In this document: positions 13,391-26,566 of the stretch, piece by piece
How the letters are laid out: the number at the start of each line of letters is the position of its first letter
Numbering within the stretch: position 1 is the stretch's first letter
Source of the DNA: Octopus sinensis
Taxonomy: Eukaryota
Reading direction: 5' to 3'
DNA length: 64,000 nt
NCBI RefSeq assembly: GCF_006345805.1
Contig: NC_042997.1
Span: 93,186,001 to 93,250,000, forward strand
Translations under genes and position numbers: made by a program
The notes under the pieces: generated by a model
The model's database searches: none
Seen by the model: the letters and a program-made list of their open reading frames with translations, nothing else
Told to the model about the DNA's origin: nothing

Positions 13391-14126
13391 ATATTACTGA
13401 TACTAGATGTATTTCATATCAGAGGAACGTAAAACAAAGACCACTGTCCAAGAATCTTGTGTTCCAGCTTAGGTTAGTGGTAGATGAATCACAGATATAA
13501 CAATGTTTTACCGTCCTATCTCTTCTTGTATCGTGCTATAGCTACACTGACAACATTAATAACACCATAATACAAGAGGGAAAGAGAAATTATAAAGCGA
13601 GAAAAGAAAAGAGAAGGAAAGAAATTAAATATAATTGAAAACAGGACAACATCAAGTCGAAAAACGAATATGTTGTGTGTGGAGTTAGGGCAACAGATAG
13701 GCCAAAGTTGTGACAGAAAGACATATGAAACTGTCTAACTATCCACATGGAGGCGTAGACTAGTGCAAAAATAACAAGACCCATCAAGCTATTACACAAA
13801 ACATGCTGAGGTTAGGAGCACAAAGAAAAGAAACGAGTAATTTAGTTGCTGATCTTAACAGAAGTGGGAATGCATGATATTGTTGGTGTGTTCGTGTGTG
13901 TGTGTGTGAATGTGTGTGCATAGATTTTTACGTCACATATACACACACATGCACGCGCGCGGACACGCACATAGGCACCGCAATATATGCACAGATGCAA
14001 CACACGCGTACACATAGAAACGCACACAAATATGAGTATTTATGCATCTGTATGTATGAATGCTTTTATTGAGAACGCACACACATAAGCGTACATGCAT
14101 ATACATAAACATATACGTAAATACAT

Positions 14127-14510
14127 GGCAGAATTGTTAGTACGCCGGGCGAAATGCTTAGCGGTATTTCGTCTGTCTTTACGTTCTGAGTTCAAATTCC
14201 GCCGAGGTCGACTTTGCCTTTCATCCTTTCGGGGTCGATTAAATAAGTACCAGTTACGCACTGGGGTCGATATAACCGACTTAATCCGTTTATCTGTCCT
14301 TGTTTGTCCTCTCTGTGTTTAGCCCCTTGTGGATAGTAAAGAAATAGGTATTTTAGCCGTTGCTACGTTCTGAGGTCAAATTCCGACGAGGTCGATTTTG
14401 CCTTTCATCTTTTCGGGGTCGATTAAAAATGTACCAGTTACGCACTGGGGTCGATGTAATCGACTTAATCCCTTCCCCCAAATGTGAGGCTTTGTGCTTC
14501 CAGTAGAAAG
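14127..14510 (+). mobile_element. SINE family A full copy plus partial copy
   Basis: Same consensus as 9713 and 12999. Confidence 0.9.
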
Positions 14511-14525
14511 GATTATATATATATA

Positions 14526-14748
14526 TTTCTTTACTACCCACAAGGGGCTAAACACAGAGGGGACAAACAATGACAGACAAACGGATTAAGTCGATTACAT
14601 CGACCCCAGTGAACTGTTACTTAATTTATCGACCCCGAAAGTGAAAGCAAAGTCGACCTCGGCGGAATTTGAACTCAGAACGTAGCGGCAGACAAATACC
14701 GCTAAGCATTTCGCCCGGCGTGCTAACGTTTCTGCCAGCTCGCGCCTT
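14526..14748 (-). mobile_element. SINE family A, inverted copy
   Basis: Reverse complement of the family A consensus, ending ctgccagctcgcgcctt. Confidence 0.92.
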
Positions 14749-14750
14749 AG

Positions 14751-14792
<42 letters not shown>

Positions 14793-14794
14793 AA

Positions 14795-16660
14795 AGTTGA
14801 GTTGTGGGGTATCGCACGAGTGGGATTATATATGAAAAAAGGTTTGAAAATGCAATTTAAACGATGTTTATTTACTTAACCGGTTTCACTCTTGGTAAAA
14901 GATTGTCAAAAGTAACTTTGAATATTATGGGTTCAAAAAAGTTTTTTACATAATTGTCACATTGAATATTATGAATTCAAAAATGTTTTTTTATACATAA
15001 TTGTCACATTACATGTATAAATATGTATAAAAAAGTTCAATAGTATGATGAGAATATTTGGAAAAATTGGCAGAAAAAATAAAACAAATATATTATTGGA
15101 AATTTGGTTGCATTAATTATTGGTTGTCGCAAATTGTCACATTACATGTATATATATACAGTCTTTGGTAGAAAGGACATGTTAAAGACATAAGGAAGTG
15201 TAATAGTTTGGTGAGAAAGCTTGTAATATTGACAGAGAAAATTAAAATGGATATTTTAGACATCTCAGAATATTTTGAATCGAAGGCGAGAATTTGTTTT
15301 TTACTGACCTGTTTGTTTTAGCAGAAAAGTTGGATTGAGAGAAAAAAAGATATGTACCCAGTTTGGTTTATACTTCCCCTTCAAGCATCAGTGATTTTGG
15401 GGTTATTGGGAGGTGAGTATGCGGGTGTGAATAGATGTGTCCGTGTGCCTGCTGGTCAGACAGCGTCTGTTTGTCACACAACATATACACACACACACAA
15501 CAACAATACACACACACACATAGTATACACACACCACCACATACACACAACACACACACACACAGAACACACACACACACAACGCACCCACATATATAAT
15601 ATATACACACAGCACACAAATATAACATGTATTTATATATATATCACACATATATAACACATACACACACACAACACCACACCACACAACACACACACAC
15701 ACACGCACACATATATACATAATATAAATATCACACAAATGTGTGTATGTGTTATATATGTGTGTATATTATATATAAATACATGTTATATTGTGTGCTG
15801 TGTGTATATATTATATATGTGGGTGCGTTGTGTGTGGTGTGGTGTTCTGTGTGTGGGTGTGTTGTGTGTATGTGGTGTGTGTGTGTATACTATGTGTGTG
15901 TGTGTATTGTTGTTGTGTGTGTGTGTATATATTGTGTGAAAACAGACGCTGTCTGACCAGCAGGCACACGGACACATCTATTCACACCCGCATACTCACC
16001 TCCCAATAACCCCAAAATCACTGATGCTTGAAGGGGAAGTATAAACCAAACTGGGTACATATCTTTTTTTCTCTCAATCCAACTTTTCTGCTAAAACAAA
16101 CAGGTCAGTAAAAAACAAATTCTCGCCTCGATTCAAAATATTCTGAGATGTCTAAAATATCCATTTTAATTTTCTCTGTCAATATTACAAGCTTTCTCAC
16201 CAAACTATTACACTTCCTTATGTCTTTAACATGTCCTTTCTACCAAAGACTGTATATATATACATGTAATGTGACAATTTGCGACAACCAAAATTAACGC
16301 CAACCAAATTTCCAATAATATATTGTTTTATTCTTTTCTGCCAATTTTTCCAAATATTCTCATCATACTATTGAACTTTTTTATACTATATTTATACATG
16401 TAATGTGACAATTATGTATAAAAAAACATTTTTGAATTCAAATATTCAATGTGACAATTATGTAAAAAACTTTTTTTGAACCCATAATATTCAAAGTTAC
16501 TTTTGGACAATCTTTTACCAAAGAGTGAAACCGGTTAAGTAAATAAACATCGTTTAAATTGCATTTTCAAACCTTTTTTCATATATATATATATATATAT
16601 ATATAATATAATATGTATTGAGTATCTTATTTACTGTGGTTAACCCCGACTCAACCGGGA
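14795..16660. repeat. ~1.8-kb fold-back inverted duplication centred near 15700-15740
   Basis: 14826-15480 reappears reverse-complemented at ~15935-16585 with mostly small indels; the centre is a CA/TG microsatellite mirror. Confidence 0.92.
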
Positions 16661-16662
16661 CC

Positions 16663-16700
<38 letters not shown>

Positions 16701-16783
16701 TATTCGAGACAAACCCTATTTTGCAAAACAAACAAGGAAAGACTTAATTAATACAAAAATTTAATAAATAGTCAAAAAAACCG

Positions 16784-16827
16784 CCACTAACAATCGTTTC
16801 TTGTCTTGATCGACAATCTTCAGGTGG
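16784..16827 (-). ncRNA. minimal type I hammerhead ribozyme motif (one extra nt near the cleavage site)
   Basis: Minus strand reads CCAC-CTGAAGA-TTGTC gatcaa GACAA-GAAA-C gatt G-TT-A-GTGG. Confidence 0.65.
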
Positions 16828-17747
16828 ACTTCCAATCTAAAAAATCAATATTTTAAAATATAAAAATAATAATTTTAAAATAATTAAAGTATGAATGAAA
16901 AAATATAAGTATATAATCCATATATAACCTATCTATAATCCATAATAAACAATATATAAACAATATATAACTAAAAAAACCTATCACAATTAAATATAAA
17001 ATATAAAATATAAAATATAAAAAAATATAAAATATAAAACAAAACAAAAAAATAATAATAATATAATAATAAAATATATACACCCATACGCATATACCTA
17101 ATTATATATAATCATATCTAACTACATACACTAAATCACACCCTATATATATATCCCTATACATACACATAAAAATGTCTAGGCAACTATAAATAAATAA
17201 AATAGCTAAATACTTCAACACAATACTTATTCATACTCCCACACACACACACATACAACCCACATTCACGCTCTAGAAAACGGACATCACTCAAAACTAT
17301 GAACGGAGAAATGGAATAAATGGAATTAAAAATTATATTTTCACTTGGTAAAACGAACACTACTTAAAATTATGAATGAAACAATGCAATAAAACAACAG
17401 ACATCGCAAATAGACACAAATTACTACAAATTCCTTATCAAACCTACCATGATAACCAAAACACATAAAAACATATAATGATAAAATCTCCTTTACTAAA
17501 CTCTATAACAAACCTATATAGCAATCCCCCTAACCTAAACATTCACACACAAATACACACACGTAAACCACACACCCACGACATATACAAATACCCACAC
17601 CACTTACACATACCAATACATACATATAAACCTCAACATATACTCAAAAAACCCACGGATTATATACTTATATTTTTTCATTCATACTTTAATTATTTTA
17701 AAATTATTATTTTTATATTTTAAAATATTGATTTTTAGATTGGAAGT

Positions 17748-17790
17748 CCACCTGAAGATTGTCGATTCAAGACAAGAACGATTGTAGTGG
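17748..17790 (+). ncRNA. minimal type I hammerhead ribozyme motif (GAA instead of GAAA)
   Basis: CCAC-CTGAAGA-TTGTC gattcaa GACAA-GAA-C gatt G-TA-GTGG. Confidence 0.6.
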
Positions 17791-19757
17791 CGGTTTTTTT
17801 GACTATTTTTATTAAAATTTTATGTATTAATTAAGTCTTTCCTTGTTTGTTTTGCAAAATAGTGGTTTTGTCTCGAATAATATTTTATAATATTTTACTA
17901 TAAAATCGATTTAATCCTAAATCTGATTTTTTCCCTGTAAATTTGGATTATTCCCTAATATTTATTATTATATATAATATATTTATATAATATATATATA
18001 TATATATAATATATATATATATATTAGAAAAAATGAGGTAATCAGATCGATGGTTCATATTTATAGATATTTATTTATATATTACATTTTTTACATATAT
18101 ATCATTCAGATCATATCATTCGGATTAGCGCTTTCTCCCAATCGAGTGGGGTTTCAAATCAAATCAATTCCTTGTGGGTAATTTGAACATTTTATAGTTT
18201 CGTAGTAGTGGTGGAGGAATAAGACAGTATAAAAGGGTGGGAGGGAGTGAGACAGAGAAAAAACAGTGTGTTGGTGTGTGTGTGGTGTGTGTGTATGTGT
18301 GTGTGTGTGTATGTGTGTGTTGGTGTGTGTGTGTGTGTGTGTGTTTGTATCTGATAGGGAAGAGGAAGTATTATTATTCTGTTGGCCTACTGGACCTCCT
18401 GTGGTTTTCTAAGAATTTTGGCTCTGCTCTCCGTCCAGTCTCGTGTCACTGAGTGTGTGTTGTGCGTAGGCTGGCCGGACAAATGTCATTTGGGGTCACA
18501 CTTTCTATGATCGTTTTGTGGAGGTGTGTGTGTGTGTGTGTGTGTGTGTGTCCGTGTGTGTTTTTGTGTGCGTGTGTGTGTGTGTGTGTGTGTCTCTGTG
18601 TGTTTGGAGAAGGAGAGAGAAAGAAAGAGAAAAGGGAAAATAAAAATAAAAATAAAAAATAATTAAAGATATAAAAAATAAAAAATAAAAAAATAAAAAA
18701 TAAAATATAAAAAAATAAATAAATAATAAATAAAAATAAGGGAGGAAGTGGAGAAGAAAAAAATATTTTTGTGTGTTGATATTTATACCAATACATATAT
18801 ATATATATATATACACACACAGACTTATACATAAAATATTTGAAAAAAAACCTTTTTATCGGTTTAAAGATGAATAACCAAATTACACCATCTTGAAAAT
18901 TGTATATCATAGGAAAGTTAAAATTATATATATATATATATATATATAAACCTACTTGTAATGGATGCGTGGCGTTCAATTAAATAATAACAAATTATAT
19001 ATATATATGTTTCGTGTATTATAAACAGTAATATTCTAAATAGTTTTATAACGTTTAATATCTCCGTTGGTTCGTTGAATCTTAGTCTACGTTGTCATGT
19101 AATATGCCATTTTCTCCATTGTTCTTCCGATTTTGTCGATCATTCGCCCGAGGATTTTTTTTTTTTTTTCATCTTTTGTAACCTATTTTATTTGGTTCAG
19201 TCACTGGACTGCGCTGTCAGTTGTTCAAAATAAGCTTGAGGGTTTTAATTACATGAAGTTCCGGGCAGAATTATTCAAATTTATCTTGGTATACATTAAA
19301 CACTAGCATATCTGCATCACAAGGTTTTGCTCATTGATGTCCGTTAGAGGATACCTGAGCTTTTTTGTTCCATTTTCGTACAGTAAAAGATTTATAAATT
19401 TATTTTCCACAGATATCAAATAAGAAACCAAGGTTGTCTCGTGAGATTGCAATGTTGAGTTCAATATCTCCTGTTGGAGTTTTGCCACGTAGTTTTGACT
19501 CCCACAAGTTGCACCAGTGTATCCGTTTATATGACCGTAATTCTTGATCCTGAATCACTTATATGAAAATGCAGGAAAACTTTTCGTATAATCTATGCAG
19601 CATAGCTGAGTGGCTTAAGAAGTTCACTTTGCAACCACTTCATTTTAGGTTCAGTCCTATTTCGTGGCAAGTATCTTCTGTTATAACCACGAGCCAACCA
19701 ATACCTTATCACTGAATTTGGTTGACTGAAACTATGCAGAAGTCCCTCGTGTGTGTG

Positions 19758-19824
<67 letters not shown>

Positions 19825-21199
19825 CTATTTTTGCGTTTGACTCATTCACTTGACAACGAGTGTTCGTTATACATCCTTCTGAACTTAGTGGATCGGCATA
19901 GAAAGATCGATAGTATAAGTGTCAGAATTAAAGAAAATGTGGTTGATTTAAGTGACTAAACCCTTCTAGTTGATACTTCATTATGATTGCAACCGGATGA
20001 CTGAAATCAGTAAAAGAGTAAAATAAAGAAAAAGAATAAAGCAGAATTTTTGGTTAAAACATAAATCCTATTTCCTCTATCGGCTTTGAATCCAGTTTTT
20101 GAACGAATTTGAAAATTAATAATTTCCATAAAAGTCATAAAATTAATTTCAAAATCAACTTGCACTGTTTTCAACAGTTTTATATCTGAAGTTATAGCTA
20201 ATATAATTGTCCATAAAATTAAAATTATTTATTCAACGTACTTGTCTTCTGCCCGTGAGAAACCCAGCAACACGCGAGAATTCAATTGTAATAACAACTT
20301 AGAGGAAGATGGTTTGTATCAGGGCGATTTTCCCTTGTGGCAATTCAAGAAGATGAACGTCTTCACTCATGCATATCACTACAATTTGAGTGTTCAAAAT
20401 ATTTTGCTTCAAACCTATCCAGTGAAAGATACTATACAGTATTGAGATCACACCTAACCTAAAAACCCGTTCAACCATGAAATCATGAGTTGAATGCTAG
20501 CTTATACTTTGTGGATATTATTTAGCAACTAACAACTGAAAGTGAGTCATACATCATAGATTGTGAAAACGTCAAAGTCAACAAACGAATAGTGATATTT
20601 AATCAGAATGCTCTTCAAAGCATGCAATGGCTTAATATGTCGTGAATCGTCCTTAGATGACAGAAAACTATTTCGTTCTAATTTAGTAAAGCTTTATATG
20701 AAACATACTCTTAGATATTTTACTATTATTTTCCCTTCTGGTTCAGAACTACACTTAGCTGTTTTCCTCCCAAACAACTATTTCCGCTTTGCCTATCGAA
20801 TATAATAGTCACCCAATCCTACTTAATGAACAAATACCTTGTCTATCTATCGTCCTTTTTACGTTTCACTCTCATATTTCATGCTAGGTATCTTGCTATA
20901 TGTTATATGCAGAAGTGTTTCTTTGTGTTGTCCTTGTCCTACTTTTCAAATACTAGCTGGTATACGCATAAGAAAATCAAGTTTAATAGTGCAGCTAAAC
21001 ACTTTCAGACTGAGGAGGAAGTTATTCCCAGACTAAAGACATGGTCCAAACGCATACAACAAACACTTAAGACAGCCATGGGCCAGGTAATGGCTAAAAA
21101 CAGGGTGACGGATTAAATGCACTATCTACGAAAAGAAACTGTCTATCCAAGAAGCTTCCCTGCGGATTCTGTCAAATGAATTCCACTCACAAGGTTCTA

Positions 21200-21300
21200 G
21201 TCAAACCGAAGCTATAGTAGAGGATAGTTGCCCAAGGTACTGTACGGTGGGATCGAATACGAAACCACGTTGTCCTAAAATGAACTCGTTAACCACACAA
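21200..21300 (-). mobile_element. SINE family B head fragment
   Basis: ctatagtagaggatagttgcccaaggtactgtacggtgggatcgaa is the reverse complement of the head. Confidence 0.6.
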
Positions 21301-22816
21301 CTATGTCTGGTGGAGACCAGAAATGTACAGAGAAGTGAAGCCGATTGAATTGACCCTAGTATATTATTTGTACATATTTTATTGGTCTTAGGTGAAGGAA
21401 GCATTCGACTCTGCTTAAATTTGAATGCACGGCACAAAGCGCTGAGAGTAAATACTTTGAGACAAGCACTTCTGACAACTTACCACTTTCGGATCGAAGT
21501 ATGTACAGATTGAAGTATCATAGGGATTCAAAATGAGAAATTAGATTGTGTGAGCCTTTTCTCGAAAACATAAGCGTCGTAAATGTTGTGGTTCGATAAT
21601 AAAAAAAAAACGGTACCAGAACCATACGAACAATTTATAATTATCAGCTAAATTCTTTCTGATTTGATAAACGGCGCGTTTTATTAAAGGATTATTTGTA
21701 GTCAGTTAAATCTACACAAAATGGGAAGTCGATTTTAGCCGGATTTAACCTAGAAATGGAAAAATAGATTAATATTTCCGCTGTACAGCCACACCTTCAT
21801 TTCAGCTCTACAGGCACACCATATTTATCTAGCGAAGTGATTGCGTCATGCTTGTCAAAGAGTCTTAGCTATGTAAATAAAAGATAGCTAACTAGAGTTG
21901 CATACGAAGAACAGGCCCTCTGAGACTGGTGAGACCGATGCGGTTAATGTCCTACTTAAACACTTGTCATTTGACCGCTGGAAAATATATAAAAAAAAAA
22001 GGAAAATTCCACAGACATCGTCCTGATGAGAAAGAACTGGTTAATGTCACTTCACAGAATGAACACAGTATACGTGATGGGAGAAGAAACGAGTGAGTTC
22101 AGAGTGCCGAAATAGAAGTGGCATGGCTTCTAACACTAGCTATCTCCATGAAGTAGAAACGACTGTGGTAGTAATGGAAAAGACATAGAAGGAACTAGCA
22201 CATCTACTAACCCAATGTTGAAGTGTGTTGACGAAGGACTTGTCCAGTCAATCGAGAGTCCTTTTCTGAGAAATACAATACTAGGTGTGTGTATGTATGT
22301 ATGTATGTATGTATGTATGTATTCATGTATACGTGCTTGCGTGCGTGCGTGCGTGCGTGCATGTATGTATGTCAGTAGCACGTTAAACTGTAGCAGTAGG
22401 CCATTGAAAGACTCGTCTGAGCTTTGATGAGAGTTGCTGGTTGTTGGGGATGAATTGTTTTCTAGCACTGAACAGGAAGGTCAGTTTTTGTTATGCTGAG
22501 GATGTACCTTCACCAGGAAAGATCCTTATTTATGGTGAGATGCAACAGTGTTCCCCTGATATGCGTAGTGATTGTGTCTTTGGTCTGTTGAAGAGCATAA
22601 TGTCAAGAGCGAAATGATAATCCCTCAGCGTAGCACCTTAGACAAGTGCCTTCTACTACAGCCTCGGGATCTGTTCAGGTTAGCTCACAGGTTTTTAATT
22701 ATTTTAACTGAACAGTTTGAAACTTCGTATACTGATCGAATGTCTCAGGCAGAACATACAATCATATATGCCTGTATTGCTACACGATGTAAAAATATTC
22801 TCATGATATATACATG

Positions 22817-22967
22817 GCCGTGTGGTAAGTAGCTTGCTTACCAACCACATGGTTTCGGGTTCAGTCCCACTGCGTTGCACCTTGGGCAAGTGTCTTTTAC
22901 TATAGCCTCGGGCCGACCAAAGCCTTGTGAGTGGATTTGGTAGACGGAAACTGAAGAAGCCCGTCGT
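22817..22967 (+). mobile_element. SINE family B (5' half)
   Basis: Near-consensus head through gaagcccgtcg, followed by (TA)n. Confidence 0.9.
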
Positions 22968-22970
22968 ATA

Positions 22971-23032
<62 letters not shown>

Positions 23033-23039
23033 TCATGAT

Positions 23040-23298
23040 ATTAACGTGCCAGTGGCTGAGTACTACAAAGACACGCGCACCCTTAACGTAGTTCTCAAGG
23101 AGATTCAGCGTGACAGAGGGTGTGACAAGGCTGGCCCTTTGAAATGCAGGTACTACTCGTTGTTGCCAGCTGATTGAACTGGAGCAACATGGAATAAAGT
23201 ATATTGTACAAAGGCATATCGTACCGCCAGGAATCGAACACTCGGCCTTACGATCGTGAGCCGAATATCCCTAACCACTAAGCCACGTGCCTTCGCAA
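23040..23298 (-). mobile_element. tRNA-derived SINE family C
   Basis: Minus strand starts gaaggcacgtggcttagtggttagggatattcggctcacgatcgtaagg...ttcgattcc; near-identical copy at 25825. Confidence 0.85.
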
Positions 23299-24236
23299 GA
23301 ATGATATTATCGATTTCTTAAACACACAGAAATAAATTTATTCATTTATACTCACTAGTATTAAGATGTTTCTCATGCGACTTGATTTATTGTAAAATAT
23401 TGTAATAAAAGTGAAATTTTGGGCCACACACACACAACACACACACACACAAACACACAAATACACAGGCACACACACATACAAACACACACACACACAC
23501 CTGTGTGGACCACAAACTATGACCATTTCTAAACTATAAATAGGAACGTTTTTTAAATTGCGTATTAACTGTTATCTTTCGTACAATGAACTTTACAATC
23601 GAAAACAACTTTACTACTCCTGCCACATCCCACCCTCTCTTCTTTTTCTGTATACATACATACATACATACATACACGCATACACACACACACACACACA
23701 CACATACATACATACATACATACATACATACATACATACATACATACATACATACATACGTACATACATTCGTACACACACACATATACACACACGCACG
23801 CATACACACACGCACACACATACATCTGTTCAGTTTGGCCACAGATATTTTAATTATTTTTTTTAACTAAACAGTTTGAGACTTCGTATACAGGTGTAAT
23901 TTTCCACGCAGAACACGTTTTACTTTGAACATTTTTGACAAACTTTGGTATTTTAGTAGTTATTTCATGCTAAAGTTGTATTTGGGTAATTTTAACCAAC
24001 CATCGACGTGTATTCAGTTGAAGAAATCTATTGCTTTTTGCGATAGTAATCGAAGAGGAAGAACTTCCGGGTCAATTCTGCTGAATGTCACTACTCTGTT
24101 CTATTCGCATGTCATTATTTCTTCCTTTCTAGTTAGCACCTTGCTTTCCTTACTCTTTCCTTCTTTACTGGTAAACAGCCACCTCTACATATCAATTACT
24201 AACCAGCGAGCGAACTTGTCACTGCCACTACAATTA

Positions 24237-24420
24237 CCGTATTTTCCAATGTATAAACCGCTACCTGGAAAATTTAGTGTGTAGCTTATAGAAAGGTGCG
24301 CCTAATATGTGTAATTTTTTATAAGTTTCAGGAGGAAAATAACTTGCGTATGGAGATTGACTGATTTCAAGCGAGATGTATTCCTCAGGCTACTCGTCAA
24401 CCAAGGGTATTTTGATTGAA
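24237..24420 (+). mobile_element. possible Tc2/pogo-like left end
   Basis: TA followed by ccgtattttcc...tataaaccgc resembles Tc2/pogo TIRs; no right end found. Confidence 0.3.
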
Positions 24421-25034
24421 TCAAAGTTTACATCATCACAAGGAGGTACTTGTTAACACATGCTCACTATGAATCATATGTAGCCCGTATCTTATATACA
24501 CCATTCTTTAACTCTTGTATTTATATTCGCATACCCAGCAACCTTGGTCACCTGCCGTGAAATATAAAAAGAACCTTTTTCAGTTTATCATACTTCGATA
24601 CCAAAAGTTCCATTAACCACTATTGTCTCATTAACCACTATTGTCCTTGAAAGTTGATTTTCATATTTACTGCGGATTGCTTGAAGCTAACTTTCTTCCT
24701 ACACCTCGATCTTTGGATCTTGTATGTATGTATGTATGTATGTATGTATGTATGTATGTACGTATTGGAGCATTGGATCTCGAAAATCACCACATGAATC
24801 TATAAATAATAACATGTGAATATTTTCGAAATGTAGGATATTTACAAAGTCTTCGACTTTTCCTATCCAAAGAAGTTTTTTAGCCCAATATTTACATGCT
24901 GTTAATTATAGCCTTATGTAACGTACTTCAAGGTCCATCCAATGCGCTCCGCTCCTCCAAAACAATTATTCCATGTTCTCTCGAAAGTTTATAAAATTAT
25001 TTTGACGCCAAAAATATACGTGCATGTGTGCGCG

Positions 25035-25173
<139 letters not shown>

Positions 25174-25329
25174 TGGTCCACCGACCCACGGATTTAACCC
25201 AAGTCACTGGATAAACTACATAACTTAAAACTACATTTTTTTGAGTGCGATAATTTCCTTTGCTATTTTGCCGTAAGACAGTGGCGTATTCTTATAGCCT
25301 CATGTAGAAATTAGGAAATTAGGAAATTA

Positions 25330-26260
25330 GGAATGTTATGCCTATCCTTTTAATGATCTTAGACTTATTGCCTTTTTCTTGCTACGTAAGAGCACCCGCA
25401 TTCACCTAATGAGTTATCAGAACTCTGCATTTGCGCTAATTATTCCATCTTCTTTCTTTACCGATTCTTAACTATTTTCCTGATTTTACTCCTTCGATTT
25501 ATATAATGCCAACTTTTCCCGGAGCATCATTTTTCTGCAGCCCGCAGTAGATTATTCAGCATTTAGTGTCCAAAGTCACTTTGCAGATGTTGTTTAATCA
25601 CTTTGGAGAGAACAGAATAGTGAAGATGAATTTCCATGTTCCTTTTCACTATCTTCTTTTTCTTTTGCACTGTTTTTCGTGTCTGCCCCGAGATGCTTTC
25701 TGCAAGTTTACACTTCTTGCTTTCCACATACAGCTTTTCATATTCTGGATCAGTGAATCATAATCTTCATCGATTTCTTCAATCTCACTCCTTGTTTCCA
25801 TCATGATAGCATCCCCCGACTGCATTAACGTGCAAGTGGCTGAGTACTACACAAACACGCGCACCCTTAACGTAGTTCTCAAAGAGATTCAGCGTGACAG
25901 AGGGTGTGACAAGGCTGGCCCTTTGAAATACAGGTACTTCTCATTGTTGCCAGCTGATTGAATGGAATAAAGTATAGTGTTCAAAGGCACATCGTGCCGC
26001 CGGGAATCGAACACTCGGCCTTACGATCGTGAGCCGAATATCCCTAACCACTAAGCCACGTGCCTTCACAAGAATCGAAAATTTTTATGAGTTGGTCTTT
26101 CAGCTAGACGTGCAGTGCATTTTAGCAACCGATCATCGGTGACAAAATTAAATGATGTTATACGATCGTCGCTGCTAGTATTAAATGGTATTATGAATAA
26201 GACTGCCTGCAGTCATTTGTCATCTAGAATGTAGTTGACCTCATTTCGCGGCTGAACGTT
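25330..26260 (-). mobile_element. RTE-type LINE remnant (endonuclease C-terminus and linker), split by a SINE
   Basis: Minus-strand FNTSSDDRI (SDHR-like) and EIDEDYDSLIQ...YSVLSKVIKQHLQSD with frameshifts. Confidence 0.5.
25825..26068 (-). mobile_element. tRNA-derived SINE family C
   Basis: Near-identical to 23040-23298. Confidence 0.85.
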
Positions 26261-26418
26261 TAATGTTATTCAGATCTCCCTGAACAGACTGTTCCCGCAA
26301 TAAGCCTTTTCGCCTCAGCCATGGTGCCTAAACATTCTCCTATTTCACCTCTTTCCCAATTCGAATTCTCTAACGTTTCTTTATTTATAAATGTATATGT
26401 GTGTATCTGTGTGTCTGT

Positions 26419-26479
<61 letters not shown>

Positions 26480-26503
26480 CATATAACGTGTATATATATA
26501 TAA

Positions 26504-26566
<63 letters not shown>

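Larger units (their letters stand above)
16690..17888. repeat. inverted repeat with ~230-bp arms (16690-16921 / 17655-17888), Penelope-terminus-like
   Basis: Arms match by eye and each carries a hammerhead core; the spacer is G-poor. Confidence 0.88.

Noticed and set aside
11530-14750. Regularly recurring repeats that could suggest a CRISPR-like array
   Set aside because: Units are ~200-bp SINEs with Pol III boxes in eukaryotic DNA; there is no short repeat-spacer pattern and no cas genes
21900-22620. Protein-like but broken frames around a microsatellite
   Set aside because: No consistent frame or recognisable domain; possibly an old TE
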